Program-made: the position numbers and the translations under genes | Shown here: piece after piece, positions 53,354 through 64,000 of the stretch | Position numbering within the stretch: position 1 is the stretch's first letter | Layout: each line of letters opens with the position of its first letter | Notes under the pieces: model-generated | Told to the model about the DNA's origin: nothing | Database searches by the model: none | What the model saw: the letters and a program-made list of their open reading frames with translations, nothing else | Source of the DNA: Podarcis pityusensis | Taxonomy: Eukaryota | Length of the DNA stretch: 64,000 nt | Reading direction: 5' to 3' (one strand) | NCBI GenBank assembly: GCA_964106645.2 | Contig: OZ067046.1

Positions 53354-56300
53354 CTTATATAAGCACCACCTGAGCCCTTATATTCCAGCTTGATCACTGA
53401 GATCATCTGGAGGAGCACTGCTAGTTGTCCCCCATGTTACAGACTGGCTTCCACCAGAAGCCAGGAGTTTAGTGTTGCCAGTCTCACGCTGTAGAACAAT
53501 CTTCTAGCAGAGATTTAGCAGGCACTCTCACTTTTGATTTTCAGGCTTCACTTTTTATGCATACAGGCTTATGCAACTGTTCAGTTTGGGTTTTTTTTTA
53601 ATAGTCATTTTAATCATTTTATGGTGCTCATGTTTTAGTGTCTATATACTGCTGTGTACCAGCATGCTATATTGTTTGAATTGGTGTTACTGTATATAAA
53701 TACTTGTATAAAGAAAATAATAAATAATGGGGGAGATACATGACATAAACTATTCTTGTTGGTAGTTTCATTGCTTAACACAGTCGCCAAGCAAGATTTT
53801 TACCCCAATCCAGCTCTAGTTGCACATAGTCATTCATGACAAATTGTCACAGGATGTGAATGGGGACAAGCATTAGACCATACAGTCTGGACATCTGAAT
53901 GCACACTGGCGTCTATATTCTGCCATAGTTAATTCACTATGTGTGGCTGGATTGTGAGCAACAGGGATACCTGTAGCTTGTTAGCACTTTCTTAATCGTT
54001 CATGAACAGGTACAAAACTTGCAGAAAGGGAGGGTGCTTATTATGGGATGGGAGGATAATGAATTTGTGAAAAACACCTTCCACACTTTGGCTTAGCACT
54101 AGCTGAAGAACTGGACTTTTCTTCTTGTCTAAAAAAAGATGAATACACAACATTAAACTATAATGAAGAGTGTGCACATTAATATGAAATGAGATATTCA
54201 TTATGTTTATTGTTGGAATAATCACTGGAGGGAATTCTTAAATGTAATGCTAGTTTCTTAAACTTGCTTTGTTATTCTGCTGAGTACTTCATTTCTAAAA
54301 GTTGGAGAAAATTTGATAATCAAGATCTTCTGCGTACTTTTAATATGAAAAGGATGCACGGAAGGTCTCTTCATTTATTGGCTGCCCAGAGGAAAATGAG
54401 AATAGAAATGTGAATGTCCATTTACCAATCTTACATATTATCCCAGCAGTTATTCCCAAGGGACTCACATAAATATTATAAATTCATTAAGCTCAGGGCT
54501 CTTATAGTAAACATCAAATGACTTCATTACATTGAGTCATGAATGTGCATTACCAGTGTTACCAGAACAAGGGAATAGAATAGGTTCTGACCAGTTTTAG
54601 AAAGGCAACAGGGGGGCTCTCTAATATGCTTACACTTTTTTTGCTCTGGTTCACAATGCCATCCCTATTAACACTGACATCATTGGGGTTTTAGTTCACC
54701 AGATGTCAAAGAGAACAACAACTACCTGACTTTTGAAGACAGCCCTGTTTAGGGAAGCTTTTAGTGTTTGATGCATTACTGTATTTTAATATTTTGTTGG
54801 AAGCTGAACAGAGTGGCTGGGGAAGCCCAGCCACATGGGCAGGTATAAATAATAAATTATTATTATTATTAAAGAATATGTGCTTTGGTAGAAGCAATTT
54901 AGGGGTGGCTTCTCATGCCACATTTTGCCCTTCCCATCACCTTACTTTCTCTATCCATCAAAATATGATTAACTTCCTTTATCCCTTCCATAGTTGTGCC
55001 CCTTTCCTCATTTCCCCTCCACCTGTGGCTCTCTCCTTTTTAAAGATTGCACACCTGTGTGCAGGGCCTGTCCAGTTTGGATATTTGATTCCAATTGGAC
55101 GTTGATTTAGGGCTCTTAACTGAATACAATCCACAGCATCTCCTGTTTATAAGGTAAGGTAGCCAGTGTTGGGAAATACCACTCTGAGCCTGAGAGCCTG
55201 GTGAGATGCTGCTACTTGATCCACTTTCCTGGAAGCTACAGATGCAACCACCACCATAGACTTGTTTTATGGCCCAGCCCTCTGGGCATCTCTTCTGCTG
55301 TTCAGTACCAGGCCCTGTGATTGCTAATACCAGAGCAATCAATGATACGAGCCAGCTTTCTGTGTCAGCTTTCAGTCTGAAAGGTGGGCCGTTTGCAAAC
55401 AAACAAAGATCCTTTCAATTTCCTCCAAGTAAACACAATTCAGAATCACATCCCAGAGTGATCTGTATATGCCACATCTTAATGGGATCAGTTGCTAAGC
55501 CCTGTTGCTTTTAATGGACCTGCATCATAGTGTATGTAAACAATGATCTGTTGAGTGTAGGAAGTTGCCTTATACCGAGTCAGACAATTGGTCCACCTAA
55601 CTTAGTATTGCCTCTACACTCACTGGCAGCAGCTCTCCAGGGTTTCAGAGAGGGAGTCTTTCCCAACCCTACCTGGAGATGCCAGGGATTGAACCTGGAA
55701 CCTTCTGTATTCAAAACAGCTCTGCCACTGAGAACCTGCCTCCCCCTGGAGCTAGAATTAACCAGAGTCCTAGTTAATCAGTGGAGGACCCCATCAGAGG
55801 AGGACCCCAACATGGGGTCCAACATGAGATACAACTGCTCAGACCCTCCTCAGAATACCTCAGTGGGTGCTGTTGCCTGGCAAAGAGTTGCCTCCATCAA
55901 GGGCTCAATAACATCCTCCTTTGCCTCAAAGGACAGTGGCAAGATAGACTAAGACTTGGGGCTTATCCACACTTACTTTTTCTCCACTCTTTTCAGGCAC
56001 AGTCCATGCATACAAGCTCTGTGTCTGAGTGTCCTTCTTTTTGCTCCAGAGTTTCCCCCACAAAAACTTGCTCTTTAAAGCTCAATTGGAGCAAATGACA
56101 ATCTGCTTAAAACCCGAATTGATGTTTGCTTCTATTGAGCAGTAAAGGGTGGGTTTTCATGGGGAAAGCTCTGGGGCAAAAAACCCCAACCCCTCCATGC
56201 TTGAAAGCAGAGCTCTTAAGCGCAGACCTGTGCCTTGAAAGAGCAGGTCAAAAGTTAAGTGTGGAGAGCAGGAAATGCCCTCTGTGTAATCCTGCTCCCA

Positions 56301-58234
56301 ACAGGGATATCATTTTTACTATGGTATATTTTTGTAAGCTGCTTTGAGTCTCTCAGGGCTATAAAGTGGGATATAAGAGGAAGTGCCTGAGATCATATAT
56401 CCAAATACAGCAATCCATTAAGGAAACTGCAGAAGATGACTTAATGTGATCCAACTGGACTCATCCCCTAAATCTTGATCCTATGCCCTACAGACACCAA
56501 GAACAGTGAAAGCAGTGAGATAAGTCCTAAGTTTGGTCCCACTGATTCAGTGCTTGCTTTGCAGCATGAAGCATACTCTGCCAGAGTTCTACCCAGAAGG
56601 ACCAGGATCAGCACTGCACAAGTTCTCTAGGAAGAGTAGGGCATCCAGGTTGAATGATTAAATTCTCTGTTTCTGCCTGGAAGTTATTAATGCAAGACTT
56701 GCTCCTAGTCCACCAAGAGAGCATAGCTCCTCTCCTACCTAAGCCTGTTTGATCGATGACACTACTGAACAACTCCCTAGTCTGGCTCAAAAGGCTGGAA
56801 CACGACTCTGCCAAATATTGGTGTGATCCAGCCAAAATTAAGCATCTTTAAGTCTCAGTTATGTCAATGGTAGGGTTTAAAAACACATGCTTAATTTCCT
56901 TTTACTGAAATTAGTGGATTTAAGAGTACTTACCGTAATTTCAGTATTATTTCTACTATAATATTTTGTTGTTTCTTTAACAAAGCTGTGAGATAGTTAA
57001 AGCTGACAGATGGGAACTGGTCCAAGGTAATCCAACAAGTAGCATTGCTGAATGTTGCTTTGAACCCATAACTCTCTAGTCCAAGCCCAACAATATTTCT
57101 ATGGCAACACATGAGCTCTCTCTAATCAGTGAGAATAAGGGAGGAAGAGTCTACTCATTATGGTCAATTGGATTTTGGATCAGAAAGCTGTACAGTAGGA
57201 CTTTACCCCTGCCCTTTTTACTTAGAGGCAAGTTACATGGAAAAATCAAACTGGTAGATAGGCTTTTAATTAATGGGTTCTGCTTGAACATCATCATTTT
57301 TCTTGCAGAAAAGAAAATCAATAAGTGAGGGGTCCAGGATCTTTGACCTGCTTTTGAAGCAATGTGCAAAACCATTCCTTTACCATTGAGAAGGAAAATC
57401 CAATTAGCATCTCTGTAGCTCTTAAGAGTTATGCTGACTAGTGAACTTTAATATTTTTATATGTGTTATATGTTTATGCTAAAGTTGCAAAAGTCAAGCA
57501 CTCATTACAGAACTGGCAGGCATGATCTTTCCTAATATGGTAGCTGTGCTCCAAATGAACAGATAATAGGCATTATGAAACCAAGCTAAGAAATATATAG
57601 GGCTGTTGGGAAGGATTCAGTAATGGTTCCTGTGGAGGCAGAAGCCATAATGGCAAATGGAAAAGGGAAACACTAGGAGTGATTTTCTTTTTTTAAAATG
57701 CCAACATAATTCTTTAGCCCAATGTGATATTTAGGTTAAAAGTTAAGGAGGGAAGAAGAGGAGAAAGATCATTCTTTTTAATTGTGAGAATCTGGAAACA
57801 ATCATCTCAGCCTTGGAGTGATGCTTCAGGCAATGTTGGTGCTTGCTCTTACACAGCTGTTCAGACATCCAGTATTGGAGCCATAATTTAGAGCAACAGC
57901 ATCAGACCTAACTGATTGAGCACAGAGCCAGGCTGATTTGGTAGGCTGGAGACATTATTAATCTGAATCAGAGACAGGAGGGATGGAGGACCTTAGTCCT
58001 GTACCAGATCTGACCTGTGGAGCCGCTTCTTCTCAGCTCCTATCCAGCTTCTATGCTGAATGTGGAGGGACTTTTCTTCAGCCAGAGCAGAAATGCAGCA
58101 AATTGCTGGTGTGGCACCACTGATGTGAGGTTTAGGGAGGCTGTAACAGGAGGCTTCACTCAATCCAAATTGCAGGTAGGGGTGGGAGCAAATCTGTAGC
58201 TCAGCAGTTGGAGGACCACATCCCTGAAGGTTCT

Positions 58235-58820
58235 TGTCAGGGACTGGTTGGACGTAGAGGAATAATGCAAGGAAGCAGTTGGGAACCCTCAAGGGGAGAA
58301 GGCTCAGAGCCCAGGGATTGGTGGTGGAATGACGATGAGGGAGAAGACTGGGAGAAGGTGTTGGAAGCTGAAGAGGGCTTAGTGAGAGGGGGAAGTCTGT
58401 GGCAGAGAGCAGCCAAGAGTCAGAGCTAGAAGTCGAAGCAGGAGAGTGGGATGAGGGAGGCCAAGAGGCAGAGATGAGTCTGGCTGGTGAAGAGGCACAG
58501 GTGTCTCAGCTTCCTGCTGGGACAAGCTCCCCTCCACACTGGTCTCCCAGAACCTGGAGAGGCATGAAGTGGGAGGAGCAAAGGCAGCCACACAGGCACA
58601 GTCCCAGACTGCTTGGGAAGAACCCAGGAGAGGAAGAGACTTAGGCAGCTGAGGGAAGGTGGGAACCTTCAGTCTCTGTAATTGCCTCATAGGGACAAGT
58701 CCTACCAAAGAAGAGTTGCTGTTCTCATTAGGCCTGGCATTCCTGAGCAGATCCTGTTTCTTCTAATAAATAGTTAACTTCACTCACTTAGTGTGATTTA
58801 TTGCTGGATTGCTCCTGGCA
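58235..58820 (+). mobile_element. Solo LTR (gypsy-like)
   Basis: TG...CA termini, perfect 5-bp TSD GTTCT, AATAAA at ~58765; similar organisation to the 21603 element. Confidence 0.85.
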
Positions 58821-59239
58821 GTTCTTGACCCCTCCCATAGAGTCATACAGCTCTGCATACTTAATGTTTGACTGCTACAGGTGACCAAAGAGATCCAAAT
58901 TCTGAGGTCTCAGTATGCTATTGTACTGGGCATACACTGAATACATACTAATAGGGCACTGCTCCAAGAAAATAAACTAATCAAAATAAAAAGCAAGAGA
59001 CCACAGATCGATTCAACAGAAAGTTGAGGGATCAAAAGGAAATAAGGCAGCAGTACAGGCTAGGGAGTTGATGTGATCCAGAAATTATTATTTTAAAAAT
59101 AAATAAAGTGGATTACAGGGTAGTAAAAGCTACACATGACAACTTCTGCATAAACCCAAGGACTGTGGTTTCAATTACTCTTTAAGCTTGTAAACAATGA
59201 CATTTACAAGGTCAAAAGGCCCCATCATACACAGCCTGC

Positions 59240-61827
59240 TTCTTAAAAATCAATTTCAATCACATTAAATATAAATGAAAAAAAGTGCAGGGAAGGAAAA
59301 ATAAACTACTTTTTTTGCAGATTTTTATTATTTTACAGTTTCCTGCAAAACCTATTATGTGGCTACTAAGAATAAAGCCCAAAGCTTATAAAGGCTCTCA
59401 TACAAGTACTTATTTTGGAGTTATCTTGCTATCGTCAACAGAGCTGTTACAGAGGCTCCAGCAGGAAGATCATATCCTTCCTAGGTGAAATTGAAGACAG
59501 AATATAAATGCTATGTTTTCATGAGCTGAAACTCCAACCTCTCTATAAATGTCCAAGAAATTCATGACAGTCCCTTACATGCAGAAATTACGTCTCTAAT
59601 AATATGCATCAGCACTGAAATCTGTTGTTTTAATGACAACTTTCCAGAGGCGGTAGGAAAACAAAATCAATGTTCCATCAGAAAACATTTTCAATTTCTC
59701 CCACCCCCCTGTGTAAAATATATTCTGTGTTACCAGAACTTTGCTCATATAGCCTATGAGTGCTAAACCTATAAACTTATATCATACCAAAGGTGCAGGG
59801 TAGCAACAGAATGACTAATAAGGGAAGAGGTTTTTGAAGATCAGGAAAATGATTCTGTAATCCTTTTAAGTCTATGTAAAGATTAAGGGACAGGACTCAG
59901 TTGGTGGCATTTGCTCTCATGCTACTGAAACTGTGCAGGTGGTCTACAAAGAACATAGAGGACTTAAAACTAGTCTGATGACAAAATCTGGCCTCCACTT
60001 TCTTGAAAGTTTTCATCCTCTGCAAAAGAGGCTTTCATTTTTCTGCCTCATTATCGGAGCGCTCGAGAATTTCAGTTCATGTGGGGTTTTTGACATTGCC
60101 TTATCATTCCAAGTGGCAAAGGGCCACTTGGTAAACATTTTTCCAGCTCTTTGCAGCCTCCCTGGCTGCCCATATGCTTCTTGATCTGAAAAAGCTCCAG
60201 GGAAAGAGATACCTCATGATGCCTTCCCCTGCGTTTTGTCTGAATCATGGACACCTAGGAAGGCTGTGGAGTACAGACCGCTGGTGAGATGGTTTGCAGA
60301 GGTCACAAAAAGTTAGATAATAAAAAGCCTTTATCTTCATCAAATTTCCCCTTCCCCTTTGGTAATTTTCAAATGTGATTTCTTTTCTCATTAACTCATA
60401 GAGAATGGTCAAAAAAATTCAAGAGAAATCATCAGCAGAGCACTACGCCAGTGTGCCTCTAAATGGTAGGTTATTTGTTACCATTAGCTGTGCATTTATT
60501 CACCTGAACACACCAGAGGTTCTAAGCAGTTTTAAGGAGTTTTTCCATGAGAGTTGAAGCTGACAGGACAATCAACTGTAAAAGTCAGGGGTTGTTGGGT
60601 TGAAATCACGACAGACGAGTGGTGAGTGTCAAAGGAGAGGCGTCTGCCGGGGCAAGCCCCGGGAACTCTCTTTTATTGAATATTACAAACATTGCCACAG
60701 GTGTGCTTGTGGCTGATTGGTTGATACAAACACAAGGCATCTTGTTGCTGATTGGTTAACATAGGTACAAGGCGGGAATAACATATTACATTAATCACTG
60801 ATAGTTCAAAGACTGGGAACGGAGCTGGAACTAGACAGGCATGAATCCTCCTAATTAAATTATAACTAAAGATTGATATTGAGAGAACATAACATGAAGG
60901 AATACAACAATCACGTTCCGTAAATGTGGTCAGCAATGCATTAAGAACAGGTCAGGATACACTGTTTCATGAACTCAATGGGAACTGTTCAGAACATTCT
61001 CAGACTCTTGTGCAGAAGCAGAGAAAAGATTTTGAGCAAGACTTCCCAGAATCCAAGAGGAAAGAAGCAAGAGTTCTCATAGTAAGCATAGAAAGATTTC
61101 ATAGTAAGACTTCCCACAATGCCACATTATGTGCAGTAAGAGAAACTGCAGAAAGAAAACTTCCCTTCAAGGGGTAAAAATGGCTGCTTAGTACCCCTGA
61201 CCTTACAGTTCTAAGCATAACGTGAGATGCCTCATTGGACGATTTGATCCTGATATCATGCATCAAGAGCCATGAGTTACTTTGCACCAAGCCTTTCGTG
61301 TTGAAATATTTACTCAGCGAATGACACTACTGTAAGTTTCAATAACACTGAGAAGCAGCTTCATAACAATTGAGTGCCATTCAATACTGATAACAATCTG
61401 TAGAAGGACCCTGAGTCTCATCTGTTGATAATCAAATCCCTCTGGCAATATAGTGTATGTAAGAGCTGAAGTAGACTGTCAACGCTGGGGTTATTTTCCT
61501 TCCTTGTCTTTACAAACGCTCTGAAATTAATTCCTTCTACTCTTCCTCAGACATAATGAACAAGGCAAAAACATTCCTAGACTTCAGACTGAAAGTGGGG
61601 AAAATCACATAGAACTGAATGCCCCCATCTACAAAAACCACCCTTGTTCCATATTCATAAATATATGTCAAGGTTGTCCCCTTGGGAGTTACCACTTCAG
61701 AGACCACCATGGAATAAAAAGAAAAGAAAAGCAAGCAAGCAAGCAAGCAAAACACCAAACCCTAGTAGGCTGGTGCCCTCACCCACATTTCAACCCTGAA
61801 ATGATAACCCCAAAGGGATGACTCCAT
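59240..61827 (-). pseudogene. env: Decayed foamy-virus-like env (LP-SU-TM)
   Basis: ATG at 61827 overlaps the end of pol. Motifs in order: hydrophobic LP segment; TPKG; GPSTDCYQY*MALNCYEAASQCY...TKGLV (PFV GDPRDQEQYIHRKCYQEFANCY...KEGLI); CFFPL/DS (CLYYPLWDS); NNLPFRGTL (NEMPNARAF); TKRR (RKRR furin site); RLQRAG...NDKAMSK; VISACKGL (IIAKIKGI); LQFH/EGYDLPA (LDIHEGDTPA); terminal hydrophobic stretch. Reference sequences recalled from memory. Confidence 0.75.
60574..60906 (-). mobile_element. Solo LTR-like element nested in the foamy-like env
   Basis: 6-bp direct repeat ACAATC (60568-60573 and 60907-60912); minus strand starts TGTA and ends TTTTACAGTT; two CCAATCAGC boxes and AATAAA at ~60671-60676. 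Confidence 0.7.
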
Positions 61828-62518
61828 TTGGTACCCCCGGGGTCAGCTTGTCAGACAGTGACCCGCTGTGTCAGATGATCCTCCATTTTTATGGTTCTGC
61901 TGCTGAGAACAGGGGAGTGAGGAGGAGCTACCACTCTCCCTTCTTGCATGTTAATTTAACCCAGAAGATGAATGCCTGAATGGGGCTCTAATGATAACAG
62001 TGAACCAATATTTTGCAGTTAGCAGTTCAGAATGCTTGTTCACTTGTTCTTGGGTTTTGCATACCCCTCGACAGTCCTGCTTCAAGCGAGATATCCCAGA
62101 ATTACAGAAGCCATCCTGGCTTCTGATTGGATCCTGAGACGTCTTGTTTTGGCTCCTGCGAGAGTGTAGCCCCCAAAGACGTGCGCCTTGATTTTCTTCT
62201 GTGGCTTGTGGAGGGCATGGTTTTGTTTTTGACTTCCAGAGCCCTTCCACATAAATTATTGTCCAGTGAGGAGTACAGGCTCTCCCTGGAGAAAACAATG
62301 TTGTACAACACTGAAGAATATGTGCTGCTGCTTATATTCTATATCCTGAGAGCACTTAGCCACTGACGTTTGCAATTCCACAGCCATCTCCTGGGAGAAG
62401 AACTCTGATGAGAGTATATTCCATGGCCACAGGCTCAGTTTGTCACAATCCTTATGTGCCCTGTAAATTGAGCCTCCCTAGATCATGAACCAGACAAGCC
62501 CCTTTCATATTCTTATAA

Positions 62519-62657
62519 TCACAGAATCATAGAACTTTTTAAAGTTGGAAAGGACCCTTAGGATAATTTAGTCCAACCCCTAGCAATGCAAGAATATGCA
62601 GCTGTCCCATATGGGAATCGAACCTGTAACCTTGGTGTTATCAGCACCACGCTCTAA
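62519..62657 (-). mobile_element. tRNA-derived SINE with CR1-like tail, nested in the foamy-like integrase
   Basis: Reverse-oriented tRNA B-box (GGTTCGATTCC) and ATTCTGTGA/TTCTATGA tail; TATAAT on both flanks. Confidence 0.7.
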
Positions 62658-63186
62658 TATAATTTAATTCAACCATGCGGAGCTTAAAGGTTGGTGTGTT
62701 GCATGTAGTAAGAGAATTGCTATTTTTCATTCACTGGGATGTGTTCAGCCTCCTAAAAGGGAGATCAGAAGATCTTCATTTTCTAATTGTTAATGCAACG
62801 TCATGGTTTACTGGGGTGCCATAGTTCCTTTACTCTAGCAAGACAGACATACAATATTTCTAATCAGAAGTACTGCAGTAATCTGTCCCCTTTGATTTCT
62901 GACATAGATGTTGTTTTGTTAGTGTGGACAATGATCCTGAACATTCCTTATGTTTGAGGGTGTTTTTTTTAAAAAAATGCAATATATGGAATATTTACAA
63001 AACTTATTCCTGTTCTGTGAAATGAAATGACAGTGTATGCTCCAGTAACTAAGAAATGGGAGTTATTTGGAGGTTGGAAGTCTGTATTTCATTCAAACAG
63101 AATTTGTCAATTTGTCCATCTCTGTGATATTCATACATTTCATAAGCAGCTTTATTGCTGGTGCAGTTATTAATATCCCTGATATC

Positions 63187-63319
63187 CAGTGGTTTTTTTC
63201 TGGGGGTACTCAAGGGCACACAGTACTGACACCTTCCCCCCCAATATTAAAGCGTGGCACTTACTATATCAACTTCATGGTGAGTACCGGCACTTTTTTT
63301 ACTTTAAAAAAAAGTGCTG
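63187..63319. mobile_element. hAT-like MITE nested in the foamy-like RNase H
   Basis: Perfect 8-bp TSD CTGATATC; termini CAGTGGTTTTTTT / AAAAAAAGTGCTG. Confidence 0.8.
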
Positions 63320-64000
63320 CTGATATCCCTTCGAAGTATAGGAGTAGAGATATAACTTCCTACTTTCACTTAATTCTGCCGTGCAATTGTCTCCTAGGCT
63401 GAAATTCCCAAATCTCAGAGCCATGATTTGGGTGAAAAGGGGAAGTATTTCCAGGGGGAAATTGGCAAGTGGGAAAAGGATTAAGCCTCTATTCCACACT
63501 CTCCAAGTGTCTCTATTTTCCAGGGATGTCCCTGATTTAGAGAAGCTGTTCCGGTTTATGATTTGATCCCGGAATGTCCTACGTTTCCTTAGAATGTCCC
63601 TATTTTAATTGGAGAAATGTTGCAGGGTATGGAGTTATCTGGCCCCCAAGCCATCTGAAGGCAATCCTCTATAGGGATTTTTTTTAAAAAAAATGTTTAA
63701 TGTTTTTATTATGATTTTATATATGTTGGAAGCGGTGCAGAGTGGCTGGGGCAACTCAGTAAGATGTATGGGGAATAATCAGTAAAATTATGGAATGGGA
63801 CATCCCCATTTTCATCAGACAAGTGTTGCTATTCTGTCCATTAATTATGCACCTCACATTCTTCCCCCTACCAGCATCTTAAAGAGTCTCTAATATTCAA
63901 ACCAGGCAATACAAGGCTAGATGGACCAGAATGAGGCAGTTTAACAGGTTATCCATACTTCTTTACATACATTACTTTACATACATTTCTATCCCATCTT

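Larger units (their letters stand above)
61823..63500 (-). pseudogene. pol: Decayed foamy-virus-like pol (RNase H and integrase)
   Basis: SLGDNCTAELSE (PFV PLGNHTAQMAE) at 63400-63365; IPY..FF..KK/LKH (LPYW...KKKPLKH) ~62990-62945; LARVKELWHPS/DVALTIRK ([24 protein letters not shown]) ~62845-62775; SREAQFT...*ACGHGI (SDQGAAFT...WAKERGI); STYSSVL (NTYSPVL); QEGRVVAP...[30 protein letters not shown] (QERVARP...[32 protein letters not shown]). Confidence 0.82.

Noticed and set aside
60574-60906. LTR first taken as the 3' LTR of the foamy-like provirus
   Set aside because: It has its own 6-bp TSD, is short, and Env SU/TM motifs continue on both sides, so it is a later insertion.
61537-61758. 73-aa ORF with an apparent signal peptide as a functional (domesticated) env gene
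   Set aside because: It is flanked by in-frame stops, its hydrophobicity is partly due to a (GCAA)n microsatellite, and the remaining env is riddled with stops; treated as a pseudogene.

Overview
Vertebrate genomic DNA from a squamate, most likely a lacertid lizard, judged from Sauria SINE, Squam-type SINE and Bov-B copies. It covers the conserved GRID2-ATOH1 block, both genes on the minus strand. GRID2 contributes its last two coding exons (46223-45983 and 36599-36177) and a long 3' UTR. ATOH1 is a single exon (12560-11535) with a CpG-island promoter and a recognisable orthologue of mammalian Atoh1 3' enhancer A (~3945-4430). The rest is repeat-rich: SINEs, L2 and RTE LINE fragments, Tc1/mariner and hAT MITEs, and solo LTRs. 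The most notable hidden feature is a heavily decayed endogenous foamy-virus-like (spumaretroviral) provirus in the GRID2 intron (~63500 to ~59240, minus strand). By manual translation, RNase H, integrase, a central polypurine tract, the pol/env overlap and Env motifs all appear in foamy-virus order. It is fragmented by stops, frameshifts, deletions and three nested insertions, so the ORF track does not show it. All protein and enhancer comparisons rely on my recollection of reference sequences and need confirming by alignment.
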